DNA of 64,000 nucleotides, from positions 1 to 64,000 of the forward strand of contig PS015010.1 of NCBI GenBank assembly GCA_048213135.1, written 5' to 3'. The translations under genes and the position numbers were made by a program. The DNA comes from Reclinomonas americana ATCC 50394. Taxonomy: Eukaryota. The notes under the pieces are model-generated. The model was not told the origin of the DNA and made no database searches. It worked only from the letters and a program-made list of their open reading frames with translations. The first letter of the stretch is position 1. The number at the start of each line of letters is the position of its first letter. Of this stretch, positions 47,687 to 58,017 are shown one piece after another.

Positions 47687-47836
47687 AAGGTGAGTTTATA
47701 TGGCAAAATAATGATTTATATGTAAAGAGTGTGTGAATGTGCGAATATGTGGATTGATAAATGTACGGATGTGACAACAGGTAAGGAAAAGCACAAGGTT
47801 ATCCATACATATGCACCTTCATACATGCTCATATGG

Positions 47837-49681
47837 TCACGCAATTTTCTGCAATGCGGTTAATCGCTTATAGATACTGTCTTCTGTTTCAACCAGGTCA
47901 TAATGATTGCCTCTTTCCACTATTTTTCCTTCCTGCAGTATCAGTATTTCATCTGCTTCCATGATGGTGCTCAGCCGGTGGGCGATCACCAGGGTGGTTC
48001 TGCCTATCATGAGGTTATTCAACGCATCCTGTACTGTTTTTTCGGATTCCGTATCAAGCGCAGATGTGGCTTCATCAAGAATGAGTATAGCCGGGTCTTT
48101 GAATACGGCACGGGCAATGCTTAATCGTTGCCGCTGTCCGCCGGATAAACGAATGCCCCTGTCACCGATATTGGTATGATAACCGTCTTCTGTTTCCACG
48201 ATGAAGTCATGCGCATTGGCAATCTTCGCGGCACGGATCACATCTTCCATTGTCGCGTCCGGCTGACCAAGGGCGATATTATTGAAAATACTGTCGTTGA
48301 ACAGGATGATGTCCTGCGTTACAAAACTCATATGACTGCGCAGCGATTCCATTGTATAATCGCGGATGTCTGTACCATCGATAAGGATTTGACCTTCATT
48401 GACATCATAGAAACGGGGCAGCAGATCGGCGATGGTGGATTTACCAACTCCCGAGGGACCCACCAGGGCAACGGTACTGCCTTTGGGTATATGAAAACTG
48501 ATGTCCTCTAATACCGGGCGGCCGGTATAAGAAAAAGAAACATGGCTGAATTCAATCTGGTGCCTGAAACCCTGCAGTGCTACGGCTCCCGGGCGGTCAT
48601 CCACTTCCACTTTGGTATCCAGTACTTCTATGATGCGTTGGCCCGCAGCTTCACCGCGCTGAATATTGGCCAGTGCCACAACCATGGCTTTTGCCGGGCG
48701 TATGGCCTGGGAGAAAATGGCGATGAAAGCGATAAACTCGCTCACCTGCAAACCACTGGTTCCTGTTGCCTGGTTATTAAGAATGAGGGAACCTCCATAT
48801 ACGAGTATGCACGCCACAACGATCACACCCGACACTTCTGAGAAGGCAGGCGCCAGTTCTCTTTTAGCAAAACCCTGCAGGCTGGCCCTGCGGTAAAAAT
48901 CATTCTCCCGGCTGAAACGGTTGAGTACAAATTTTGTCGCGTTGAAAGAACGGATGATGCGCATACCCATCAGTGTTTCGTCAATCATCGTGAGCAACTT
49001 CCCGATCGACGACTGCATATCCTGTGCTTCCTTGCGTAATTTTTTGGTAACGGTAGCAATGCCAATGGCGGAGATGGGAATAATGATAAGGGTGAACAGG
49101 GTAAGCTTTACCGATATGGCAAACAACGCTACAAAATACCCGATCATCATGTAAGGCTCTTTGAATATTACTTCCAGTGAGTTGCCGGCCACCGCTTCTA
49201 TTTCAAATACGTCGGAGTTCATACGCGACAGCAGGTCGCCTTTTTTCTCCTTCGTAAAATAACCCATATGCAGGCGGTTGATCTTTTCAAATAATGCTTC
49301 GCGGATGCGTTTCACCAGCAGGGTACGGGCATTCATAAGGCTGCGTTGTGCCAGGTAACGGAAGAGGTTGGCCATGATCACGGAAAACACAATGAATGCC
49401 GCGATAAAGTAAAGCGCATACATGGGGTTACCCTGTTTGAATACATAGATCTGGTGGTAGAACAGGTCCCTGAAATAACCCGCAGAAAAAGAAAATTCAG
49501 GCATGGCCGCATACTTTGCTCCCGACGCGGCGTCCTGGTCAAACAGGAAGTTCAGCAGGGGTATGAGCAGGGCAAACTGGAATACGCCGAAAAAAACGGC
49601 TACCAGCGTAAACCCGAAAAAAGGTGCCACAAAACGGCTGTAGGGCCTGGCATAAGCCAGCAGCCGGCGATAAATGATCAT
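47837..49681 (-). CDS. MsbA-like ABC exporter (TMD+NBD)
   Basis: TM helices; GPSGVGKST, LSGGQRQR, LDEATSALD, IAHRLST. Confidence 0.92.
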   Translation of the reverse strand: MIIYRRLLAYARPYSRFVAPFFGFTLVAVFFGVFQFALLIPLLNFLFDQDAASGAKYAAMPEFSFSAGYFRDLFYHQIYVFKQGNPMYALYFIAAFIVFSVIMANLFRYLAQRSLMNARTLLVKRIREALFEKINRLHMGYFTKEKKGDLLSRMNSDVFEIEAVAGNSLEVIFKEPYMMIGYFVALFAISVKLTLFTLIIIPISAIGIATVTKKLRKEAQDMQSSIGKLLTMIDETLMGMRIIRSFNATKFVLNRFSRENDFYRRASLQGFAKRELAPAFSEVSGVIVVACILVYGGSLILNNQATGTSGLQVSEFIAFIAIFSQAIRPAKAMVVALANIQRGEAAGQRIIEVLDTKVEVDDRPGAVALQGFRHQIEFSHVSFSYTGRPVLEDISFHIPKGSTVALVGPSGVGKSTIADLLPRFYDVNEGQILIDGTDIRDYTMESLRSHMSFVTQDIILFNDSIFNNIALGQPDATMEDVIRAAKIANAHDFIVETEDGYHTNIGDRGIRLSGGQRQRLSIARAVFKDPAILILDEATSALDTESEKTVQDALNNLMIGRTTLVIAHRLSTIMEADEILILQEGKIVERGNHYDLVETEDSIYKRLTALQKIA

Positions 49682-49711
49682 CAGTATCCTGTTTGCTTCA
49701 AAAAAATAATA

Positions 49712-50800
49712 TTACAGTGAACGATACACGTTAAGGTATTCGTTGGCCGCTTTGTTCCAGCAGAATGCTTTTCCTTTCTCCATAATATCTTCCTGCATAT
49801 TCAACCTGCTGTATTGTTTCATACCTGAATAAAATATTTCCCGCATCCGGGTCGCCGAAAAATCCTTGAAATAGAAAGCGGCATTACCTGCGATTTCGGG
49901 AAGCGCGGTTTTGTCCGACAGGAACAGGGGCTTGCCTACCGACATGGCTTCCGCCACCGGCAAACCGAACCCTTCAGAAATGGATGGGAAGGCAAATGCG
50001 GTGCAGTTCCGGAAATACCAGGCCTTCTCATTTTCATTTACCTGGCCAATGATGCGGATGTTATTCAGCACGCCCAACTGTTCCGCCGCCTGCATAATAT
50101 AATTATGATAGCCCGCGTCATCTATACGACCGGCGATAACGAGTTCCATACCGCTGTCATCGTGAACCAGTGGCAACAGGGTGTGAAAATTTTTTTTCCA
50201 CACCACCGTTCCGAGCGAGAATAGAAAAGGCTTTACCGGCTGGTAAGAGCGGGCATCCAGCCTGGGTGTATGCAACGCGTTGGTGCCATTATGGATTACA
50301 TATAATGGTTTATCGTTTATGTCACAGTAAAACAACACATCCTTTTTGCAATATTCACTTACGCAAACGATCGCGTCGGCCCTGTTGATGAGCATTTGAA
50401 CACGCCGGAGATATTTCTGTTTTTTGGCTTCGGATTTGCTGTGATCGTACAAAAAATTCAGGTCATGAATGGTAAGTACCACTTTGATCCGCCTGTTACG
50501 GAAAGGAAGATAATAACTGTCCTGGTGAGTGGCATGCCAGATGCGGTAGCCTTTCAGATCCGGCATGCAGATCTTATGCAACTCTGTCTGTATGAGGTGC
50601 TTGCTCCGGTTTCCAAAGAGAGGCTGTGTTCCGTAAGGCGTGTAAAAATGAATCTCTTCTGGTCCCTGGCTGGCGGCTTTTTGCAGGTGATTGCCAAGAT
50701 TGAGACAATAATGATAAAGTCCCGTATCCTGGTACTTCATCCGCTCACAATCAAAAATAACAGAAGTTGGCAATGGTAAGTTTTTGTTGCAACGATACAA
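49712..50800 (-). CDS. GT4 (glycosyltransferase family 1) protein
   Basis: LTIHDL, VS, EGFGLPVAEAM, LPEIAG. Confidence 0.88.
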   Translation of the reverse strand: MYRCNKNLPLPTSVIFDCERMKYQDTGLYHYCLNLGNHLQKAASQGPEEIHFYTPYGTQPLFGNRSKHLIQTELHKICMPDLKGYRIWHATHQDSYYLPFRNRRIKVVLTIHDLNFLYDHSKSEAKKQKYLRRVQMLINRADAIVCVSEYCKKDVLFYCDINDKPLYVIHNGTNALHTPRLDARSYQPVKPFLFSLGTVVWKKNFHTLLPLVHDDSGMELVIAGRIDDAGYHNYIMQAAEQLGVLNNIRIIGQVNENEKAWYFRNCTAFAFPSISEGFGLPVAEAMSVGKPLFLSDKTALPEIAGNAAFYFKDFSATRMREIFYSGMKQYSRLNMQEDIMEKGKAFCWNKAANEYLNVYRSL

Positions 50801-50928
50801 AGATTATACCTTTTTTAGTGAAGAAGGTTGTAAAAGTATAAATGCAGCCCCGGGTAAAGATTATTTGTCCATTACCGGAATGAGCATGATCTTGTTATAA
50901 TTCTTAAATACCGTATAGCCTGTTGTCT

Positions 50929-51987
50929 ATGGGAAAAATCATACTGGATTGTGATCTTATGCGTTACCGTGATTCCGGTCTGTATCACTATTGTCTTAAC
51001 CTGGGGAATTATGTAAAAACACAACTTGCCGGTCCGGGTAAAACGGGCATCCGTTTTTATGTGCCTCCCGCTGAGAAAGACAGCTTTGGTGACCGCTCCG
51101 GTGTTTATATCGAAAGAAAATGGCACAACAGGTATTTTAATCCTTACACCTGGGACTGCGATATCTGGCATGCGCCTTTCCAATCGGGGCGTATCCCGCG
51201 GTTGAAAAAGCATACACGTGTACTGCTGACCATACATGACCTGAACTGCCTTCATGAAGACAAAACGGAAAAGGAAAGAAGGGACAGTCTTCAGAAAACA
51301 CAACGGCTGATCGACAGGAGCCATGCCATTGTCTGTATTTCCGGTCATTGCCGCCAGGATGTATTGAATCATATGGATACCAGGGACATTCCTGTACATA
51401 TTATTCACAACGGTACACATCATATCAGTGAACCACCCGTGCAGCCGGAAGGCTACCTGCCGCACCGCCCTTTTCTTTTCACAATGGGGTATGTAAACCG
51501 TAAAAAGAATTTTCACACACTGGTACCACTGCTGCAATCCGGGGAATATGAACTGCTGGTGGCGGGTAAACTGGACGAGAGTGATTATGTAGAGCAAATA
51601 AAAAAGCTGGCATGGCAAAGAGGTGTTGCCGATCGCCTGAAAATATTGGGGCCTGTATCTGAAGCTGATAAAGCCTGGTACCTGTCCCATTGCAGCGCTT
51701 TCTTCCTGCCTTCACTGGCAGAAGGTTTCGGAGCGCCGGTAGTGGAAGCCATGAAGTTTGGCAAACCCATCTTTCTTTCCAAACTTACTTCCCTTCCGGA
51801 AATTGGCGGCGATACCGCTTTCTACTTTCACAGTTTTGAAGATGCGCATATGCGGCAGGTGTTTGAGGATGGGATGGCCGCCTACGGAAAGAACGGTCTT
51901 GCAGAAAAAATACGCCAGCGGGGCGAACGTTTTAACTGGGAAGAAAAAGCGAAAGAATATATATCGGTATACCAGTCATTATTATAA
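50929..51987 (+). CDS. GT4 glycosyltransferase, paralog of the divergent neighbour
   Basis: GLYHYCLNLG, LTIHDLN, KKNFHTL, EGFGAPVVEAM. Confidence 0.88.
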   Translation: MGKIILDCDLMRYRDSGLYHYCLNLGNYVKTQLAGPGKTGIRFYVPPAEKDSFGDRSGVYIERKWHNRYFNPYTWDCDIWHAPFQSGRIPRLKKHTRVLLTIHDLNCLHEDKTEKERRDSLQKTQRLIDRSHAIVCISGHCRQDVLNHMDTRDIPVHIIHNGTHHISEPPVQPEGYLPHRPFLFTMGYVNRKKNFHTLVPLLQSGEYELLVAGKLDESDYVEQIKKLAWQRGVADRLKILGPVSEADKAWYLSHCSAFFLPSLAEGFGAPVVEAMKFGKPIFLSKLTSLPEIGGDTAFYFHSFEDAHMRQVFEDGMAAYGKNGLAEKIRQRGERFNWEEKAKEYISVYQSLL

Positions 51988-51996
51988 TCAGTGAGT

Positions 51997-52830
51997 ATGG
52001 ACAGGCTAATTAACTGGAGCAGGCAACTTACACACAGCAACGACAGGCTGCGATCCGAACTTTGTAAATCGGCACACCGGCTAACGGAGTGGTATACACG
52101 CTGGTGTAAGGAGTTGGGGGAGGAAGCTGCGGCACACCGCAAGCAATGGGAGTATGTATACCTGTTACAGGCATTGTGGGAGCGGGGTTGCATAGGAGCA
52201 GACCAGCGCGGACTTGTGTTTGCCTGTGGTACGGAACCATTACCGGCATTACTGGCCAGCTATGGCTGCGAAATACTGGCAACGGATATTTTTCCCGAAG
52301 AAGGAATAGCAAAAGGGTGGGACAATGGCGACCAGCTTTGCTTTGGCCTTGACTCACTGAACAAACGGGGATTGTGTGATGAGATGGTGTTCAGGGACAG
52401 GGTGTCTTACCGGCCTGTTGATATGAATGCTATACCGGCAGACCTGCATGATTTTGATTTTAACTGGAGCAGTTGTTCTTTTGAACACCTCGGTAACATA
52501 GAAAAAGGATTGACCTTTCTTGAAAAACAATTGTCAACACTCAAGCCCGGCGGATGGGCTGTGCACACGACAGAGTATAATATCAGTTCGAATGATAGTA
52601 CACAGGACAATAACGATACGGTGATCTTTCGCCAGCGTGATATTGACACCATTGTAAATAAGTTAAGAGCAGCCGGACATTTTGTGGAAGAACTGGATTA
52701 TTCACTGGGCGGTATGGCGGAAGATTTTATGGTGGATGTAGAACCGCATGAACAAAAAGTACACCTTAAACTGCAGATAGGTGAGTACGTAGCCACTTCA
52801 ATCGGCCTGATCATCAGGAAGAAAAATTAG
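51997..52830 (+). CDS. Class I SAM-dependent methyltransferase-like protein
   Basis: GLVFACGTE motif I variant, ATD, VDM, FDFNWS..SFEHLG, LKPGG. Confidence 0.75.
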   Translation: MDRLINWSRQLTHSNDRLRSELCKSAHRLTEWYTRWCKELGEEAAAHRKQWEYVYLLQALWERGCIGADQRGLVFACGTEPLPALLASYGCEILATDIFPEEGIAKGWDNGDQLCFGLDSLNKRGLCDEMVFRDRVSYRPVDMNAIPADLHDFDFNWSSCSFEHLGNIEKGLTFLEKQLSTLKPGGWAVHTTEYNISSNDSTQDNNDTVIFRQRDIDTIVNKLRAAGHFVEELDYSLGGMAEDFMVDVEPHEQKVHLKLQIGEYVATSIGLIIRKKN

Positions 52831-52834
52831 CACT

Positions 52835-53338
52835 TTATTCAGCCTGGCCAAGCTGTGCGATCTCTGCTTCCGTATCCGTGAGTTGTGCGGCTGCCTGTGA
52901 CAGTAACGGAAACACCAAAATGAGTAATCCCCACGAACTTAAAAAAAGAAGCGCAACGGAAACGATAATAACGATGGTACGGAGTGTAAAATCCGCATCC
53001 ATGCTGTTAAAATTTATTTGGGTAACAGAGATCTGGTAAAGAATAATAAAAAGGATCACCTGTAAGATCGCGAGCATGACAAAAAGTATTCTCAACGCGA
53101 TACGTTTTGCCCGGCTGAAGTCGGAGTTGGTCTGGATTGCTATAACCAGCTGTAATCCTAAAATATCATTGCAGATGTAGCTTATGCCTGCTATAGCGGT
53201 AAAGAGCGTGATCATAAAATCGATCATCTCAAAGTAAGGTCTCATAAAAAGCAGCACATACGCGATAACCAGGGTGAAAAGAATGGCTGCACCAAAATTG
53301 ATGTAACAGCATGCCCGGTATATGGCGATACGATTCAT
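52835..53338 (-). CDS. Hypothetical membrane protein
   Basis: About four hydrophobic helices. Confidence 0.65.
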   Translation of the reverse strand: MNRIAIYRACCYINFGAAILFTLVIAYVLLFMRPYFEMIDFMITLFTAIAGISYICNDILGLQLVIAIQTNSDFSRAKRIALRILFVMLAILQVILFIILYQISVTQINFNSMDADFTLRTIVIIVSVALLFLSSWGLLILVFPLLSQAAAQLTDTEAEIAQLGQAE

Positions 53339-53362
53339 GGGTTCCTGCTTCCGGTAACCGGT

Positions 53363-55192
53363 TTATTTCAGGTCGAGTTTGATCTGCAGTTCCTCAAATT
53401 GTTTGGCGTCGATCGCTGCGGGAGCATCCAGCATCACATCGCGGCCGCTGTTGTTTTTGGGGAAGGCGATAAAGTCGCGGATGCTTTCACTTCCGCCGAG
53501 GATAGCGCACAACCTGTCGAATCCAAAAGCGATACCACCATGCGGCGGTGCGCCATATTCAAAGGCGCCCAGCAGGAAACCGAATTTGTGCTGTTGTTCT
53601 TCCGCGTCCATACCCAGTGCGGCAAACATTTTCTCCTGCAGTTCCCGCTGGAATATACGGATGGAACCGCCGCCGATCTCGTTACCATTCAATACCATAT
53701 CATAAGCATTGGCCTTGATGCCGGCATAAGGATGTTTCAGGTATTCCGCGGCATTTTCAATAACCGGGTTATTGCTGATCATGGTTTCGATCTGCGATGG
53801 TTTGGGAGAGGTAAAAGGATGGTGCCTGGCCACCCAGCGATTGCCATCTTCATCGTACTCAAATAAGGGGAAGTCCAGCACCCACAATAGTTTAAACTCA
53901 TCGGGTTTGCGCATGCCCTTACTATCGGCAATGTACATACGCAGATCGCTGATGGCTTTGCGGGTACGTTCTTCCGCACCTGCAAGAATAAGGATAAGGT
54001 CGCCCGGCTGTGCCTGTGCGGCTTCAGCAATGGCTTTCAGTTTATCTTCAGAATAAAATTTATCTACGCTGCTTTTGAAAGTGCCGTCGGTATTGCATTT
54101 AATGAATACCAGGCCCTTCATGCCCACCTGCGGACGTTTAACCCATTCGGTCAGTTCGTCGGTCTGCTTGCGGGTATATTCGCTGCAGCCAGGGGCGCTA
54201 ATGGCCACAACGGTTTCGGCTTCATCAAATACTTTAAAGTCGGCACCATTCACCAGCGATGAAATATCTTCCCTGCCCGGGAAGCTGTGCGCCGGGAATT
54301 TCAGGTTGCAGATCTTCATATCAAAACGGATGTCGGGTTTGTCGTTGCCATAAGTCCACATGGCTTCTTCCCAGGTCATCCTTTGCACTGTTTCTGTATA
54401 GTCAATGTTCTTTACGTCTTTGAATACCCTTTTCACCAGTCCTTCAAACATATGGAGAATGTCTTCCTGTTCCACAAAAGCCATTTCACAGTCGATCTGG
54501 GTAAACTCGGGCTGACGGTCGGCACGGAGATCTTCATCACGGAAACATTTCACCACCTGGTAATACCTGTCGTAACCACTCACCATCAGCAATTGTTTAA
54601 ACGTTTGCGGCGACTGGGGCAGTGCATAAAACTGGCCGGGATTCATGCGGCTGGGTACAACGAAATCCCTGGCACCTTCCGGTGTGCTCTTGATGAGGAA
54701 GGGGGTTTCAATATCCATGAACTGGTTCTCGTGCAGGTAATTGCGGGCAGACCGGTTTACAGCATAGCGCAATTCCAGGTTCTTCTTCACGGCATTCCTG
54801 CGCAGGTCGAGGTAGCGGTACTTCATACGCAGGTCGTCGCCGCCATCGGTATCGTCCTGGATAGTAAAGGGAGGAACGGCCGATTTGTTGAGGATACTGA
54901 AATCCGAAACGGCGATCTCGATATCACCGGTAGGGATATTCGCGTTCTTACTGGTACGTTCATTCACGCGGCCTTTTACCTGCAGCACAAACTCCCTGCC
55001 CAGCGGATTGGCTTCCAGGCGGGGGTAAAGACTTTCGTCGAAAACAAGCTGGGTAATGCCATAACGGTCTCTCATATCAACAAAAATGAGGGAGGTGCCG
55101 AACTTACGAACGGTTTGCACCCATCCCGCCAGGGTGACTTCAGTATTGACATCGGTTAGCCTTAATTGCCCGCAGGTATGCGTTCTGTACAT
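53363..55192 (-). CDS. aspS: Aspartate--tRNA ligase
   Basis: MYRTHTCG start, [46 protein letters not shown]. Confidence 0.98.
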   Translation of the reverse strand: MYRTHTCGQLRLTDVNTEVTLAGWVQTVRKFGTSLIFVDMRDRYGITQLVFDESLYPRLEANPLGREFVLQVKGRVNERTSKNANIPTGDIEIAVSDFSILNKSAVPPFTIQDDTDGGDDLRMKYRYLDLRRNAVKKNLELRYAVNRSARNYLHENQFMDIETPFLIKSTPEGARDFVVPSRMNPGQFYALPQSPQTFKQLLMVSGYDRYYQVVKCFRDEDLRADRQPEFTQIDCEMAFVEQEDILHMFEGLVKRVFKDVKNIDYTETVQRMTWEEAMWTYGNDKPDIRFDMKICNLKFPAHSFPGREDISSLVNGADFKVFDEAETVVAISAPGCSEYTRKQTDELTEWVKRPQVGMKGLVFIKCNTDGTFKSSVDKFYSEDKLKAIAEAAQAQPGDLILILAGAEERTRKAISDLRMYIADSKGMRKPDEFKLLWVLDFPLFEYDEDGNRWVARHHPFTSPKPSQIETMISNNPVIENAAEYLKHPYAGIKANAYDMVLNGNEIGGGSIRIFQRELQEKMFAALGMDAEEQQHKFGFLLGAFEYGAPPHGGIAFGFDRLCAILGGSESIRDFIAFPKNNSGRDVMLDAPAAIDAKQFEELQIKLDLK

Positions 55193-55212
55193 ATTTTTCA
55201 CGTATTGAGCGG

Positions 55213-55311
55213 CAAATATACGGCAGAAATCAGGGACAGGGCGAAGGAAAAGCAGGTGAACAGGCCACGGGGGCAAATTCCTGCCTTCCTTCCTTATTCT
55301 CATTATATTTG
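55213..55311. promoter_or_regulatory. Divergent -7 promoter elements (TATATTTG) for aspS and speD
   Basis: TATATTTG on minus at 55213-55220 and on plus at 55304-55311. Confidence 0.55.
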
Positions 55312-55325
55312 CCCCGCTGACTGCC

Positions 55326-55679
55326 ATGAGTTACCAACCGGGTCTACATATAATAGCTGAATTGTCTGTTGATGATGTCAGCCTGCTGCAAAGCTGCGAA
55401 GCTGCCAGGGTACGGATAGACGGCCTTATCAGTGAACACGGGCTGCAAAAGCTCGGGGAAGTATACCATAATTTCCAGCCGCAGGGCTATACCGCGGTGG
55501 TCTGCCTCAGCGAATCCCATCTTTCCCTGCACGCCTGGCCCGAATACGGACGGCTTCACATGGACGTATACCTCAGCAATTTCATGCGAAATAATGATGA
55601 AATAACGCAAAAGATTTTCGATGAACTGGTGGCGTTTTTTAAGGCAGGTATTATTAACCGGCAAACCCTCGTACGGTAA
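55326..55679 (+). CDS. speD: S-adenosylmethionine decarboxylase proenzyme (SpeD/SpeH type)
   Basis: [25 protein letters not shown] self-cleavage motif. Confidence 0.88.
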   Translation: MSYQPGLHIIAELSVDDVSLLQSCEAARVRIDGLISEHGLQKLGEVYHNFQPQGYTAVVCLSESHLSLHAWPEYGRLHMDVYLSNFMRNNDEITQKIFDELVAFFKAGIINRQTLVR

Positions 55680-57607
55680 TGGAAAAATACCCCATGCATA
55701 TGACGTCCTGCCCGGTTTGCAGCTCACCGGTAAACTTCAGTTCTTCCTATACCAATTTTATCGTTTGCAAAACCTGTAAGTCTTCACTCAGCCGTAAAAC
55801 GGGCGGTAGGGTTGACATCTCTTCCGTTAGTGTATTGAAGCAGGATGAAACGGGTGTTGTTCATACCGGCAGCCATGGCGAATGGAATGGACGCTCATTT
55901 GAAGTAACGGGTCGTTTAAAATGTTATTTCGATGGATTCCACAGTAACCGCTGGACGATCCTTTTTGCCGACGGTACAACACAATTACTGGTAGAAACGG
56001 ATGGTTTCCTGGCTATATACGAAGAGGTAAAAGACGCTTCTAAAAATAAAATGGAAACGCTCAATACCACTATGCTGGGTACAGAGGCCATTATGATCGT
56101 GACAGACAGGAGGTCTTTTATCTTCAGCCGTTCTTTTTGCGGCAGCATGTTCATAGAAGGCGAAGTATATACTGAAACCGAGGGTTTGAAGTTTAACGCC
56201 TACGAATTGGGTGATGAAGGCCCCGGCAGGATGGAGGTAGTGGATACAAAAAACGGGGGACCCTATTGCTGGCAACTCTATTATGTTACAGCCGGGGAAC
56301 TGAAATTGAAGGTTCCTGAAACAGGTCATGCTGCGAAGGAAGTGGCCTGCGCACATTGCAAAAAGTCAACCCGCCTGCTGGTACCGCAATACAGCCGGTT
56401 CTTTACCTGCAGCGGTTGTAAGGGATGGAACGAGATTGAACCCGATGGAACCATAACTTATAAGGATAGCAGTTTTGATGAAATAACAGGAATAGTGCCG
56501 GTTGGAACAAAAGGTATCATCAACGATACAGCATACGTCATCACCTGCATTACCCAAAAACTGGAAGTAGGTTCACCCAAAATATACTGGCGGGAGTATA
56601 CCTTATTCAGTCTTACCGATGGGTTTGCTTTTCTTTCTGAATTTAATGGTCACTGGATATTCCTGCAGGAAGCCAAATTCAACGAACGCTGGCTCGATTA
56701 CAAAAAAGAAATTGAAGTGGATGGCGAACCTTTCCTGCTGTACAATGAATACTCTTATAAAATAACGGACGCGATCGGTGAGTCCTGTGTATCATTCAGC
56801 ACACCCGGTATCCTCGCCAAAGAATTTATTTCACCGCCGGAGATATATGCGGCGGAAAAGAATAAGAATAAAGAACTGGCCTGGTTCAAAGGCAGGCATA
56901 TAACCAGTGAAGAAGTGGAGTTGGCATTTGCTGAAGCATCACCGCAAATGCCGTTGCAGTCAGGGGTTGGCGCTGTTCAGCCCATGCCTTTTTATATGAA
57001 CATGGGTTTGTTGCAAAGGATGACGCTCCTGTGTATCGGGTTGTTTCTTATCATGCAGGTGATCCTGTCAAAGATGTCAGCTGAGAAAGTGTTATTTGAG
57101 GCTAACTATACCGGCATGGTGGATACCATTGCATCGAAAGGTCTCATTACACCTTCTTTCGAGCTGGATAAATGGAAATCGAATCTCGAATTCAGGATCA
57201 GTTCGCCTGTATCCAACAGCTGGTTCGAGGCGTCCGTGACACTTGTGAATGATGCCAATGGTAAGGAATACAGTTTTGAAAAAGGTGTTGAATATTATTA
57301 TGGCATTACTGAAGGGGAAAGCTGGGCGGAAGGTTCCACCTCTTCCGATATATTGCTTTCTTCTCTGCCAGGAGGTAAATACCATATGAATATCTTTCCT
57401 TCTTTCGATAATATCACACCACAGGATAAAAGGGAATTTTCTATCAGCGTGGTGAATGATGTGCCGATGTGGAGTAATGTATTTGTTATGATCGGGCTGT
57501 TACTTATATATCCTGTTATACAATGGTTCCGTAACCGCTCCTTTGAAAAAAGACGCTGGTACGGAAGTGAAAATAACCCTTATGCCAATAGTTATGATGA
57601 AGATTAA
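55679..57607 (+). CDS. DUF4178-domain protein with two Zn-ribbon modules and TM anchors
   Basis: CPVC..CKTC and CAHC..CSGC; G..G...G..Y...G, WREY, FLSE..GHW modules; two TM helices. Confidence 0.75.
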   Translation: MEKYPMHMTSCPVCSSPVNFSSSYTNFIVCKTCKSSLSRKTGGRVDISSVSVLKQDETGVVHTGSHGEWNGRSFEVTGRLKCYFDGFHSNRWTILFADGTTQLLVETDGFLAIYEEVKDASKNKMETLNTTMLGTEAIMIVTDRRSFIFSRSFCGSMFIEGEVYTETEGLKFNAYELGDEGPGRMEVVDTKNGGPYCWQLYYVTAGELKLKVPETGHAAKEVACAHCKKSTRLLVPQYSRFFTCSGCKGWNEIEPDGTITYKDSSFDEITGIVPVGTKGIINDTAYVITCITQKLEVGSPKIYWREYTLFSLTDGFAFLSEFNGHWIFLQEAKFNERWLDYKKEIEVDGEPFLLYNEYSYKITDAIGESCVSFSTPGILAKEFISPPEIYAAEKNKNKELAWFKGRHITSEEVELAFAEASPQMPLQSGVGAVQPMPFYMNMGLLQRMTLLCIGLFLIMQVILSKMSAEKVLFEANYTGMVDTIASKGLITPSFELDKWKSNLEFRISSPVSNSWFEASVTLVNDANGKEYSFEKGVEYYYGITEGESWAEGSTSSDILLSSLPGGKYHMNIFPSFDNITPQDKREFSISVVNDVPMWSNVFVMIGLLLIYPVIQWFRNRSFEKRRWYGSENNPYANSYDED

Positions 57608-57761
57608 TAAAGAAAGCAGAACGCATTTTATCAGGTTCAGCATTTTTGTTGCCCTGCTCATGGGCTGGTTTATCTATGCCACCAGTACCGGGTGGAAGAT
57701 ATTCAGCTCTTCCGGCAATGGTCAGTCCTGGAGCAGCAGCGGCCCCGGTTATCATAAATAG
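57594..57761 (+). CDS. Small single-TM protein ending in ...GPGYHK
   Basis: Overlaps the DUF4178 stop; TM helix plus Ser/Gly tail. Confidence 0.6.
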   Translation: MMKINKESRTHFIRFSIFVALLMGWFIYATSTGWKIFSSSGNGQSWSSSGPGYHK

Positions 57762-57792
57762 AACAGAATCATTTATCATTCAATACACTTGT

Positions 57793-57999
57793 ATGCAAAC
57801 ACAGTACCTGTTAAATTCCGTATTGTATTCCCTGCTGGGAATATTCATTTTGGTGTTGGTGTTTTTTATTATTGAGAAAGCGACACCCAAGCATAACTTA
57901 TGGAAGGAAGTGGTGGAGAACAAGAATGTGGCACTGGCCATTGTCGCGGGCTTTTTTATGCTTGCGATGTCCATCATCATCGCATCGGCCATACATTAA
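57793..57999 (+). CDS. DUF350-family small membrane protein
   Basis: IEKATP..LWKEVVENKNVALAI....IIIASAIH. Confidence 0.8.
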   Translation: MQTQYLLNSVLYSLLGIFILVLVFFIIEKATPKHNLWKEVVENKNVALAIVAGFFMLAMSIIIASAIH

Positions 58000-58017
58000 C
58001 AGCCATAAGCAGCAGAT

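Noticed and set aside
55193-55327. N-terminal extension of AspRS in the ORF track (similar extensions for uvrA, hom, TRIC and the flavoprotein)
   Set aside because: Conserved starts or signal peptides lie downstream, and the extensions overlap promoter motifs or neighbouring genes
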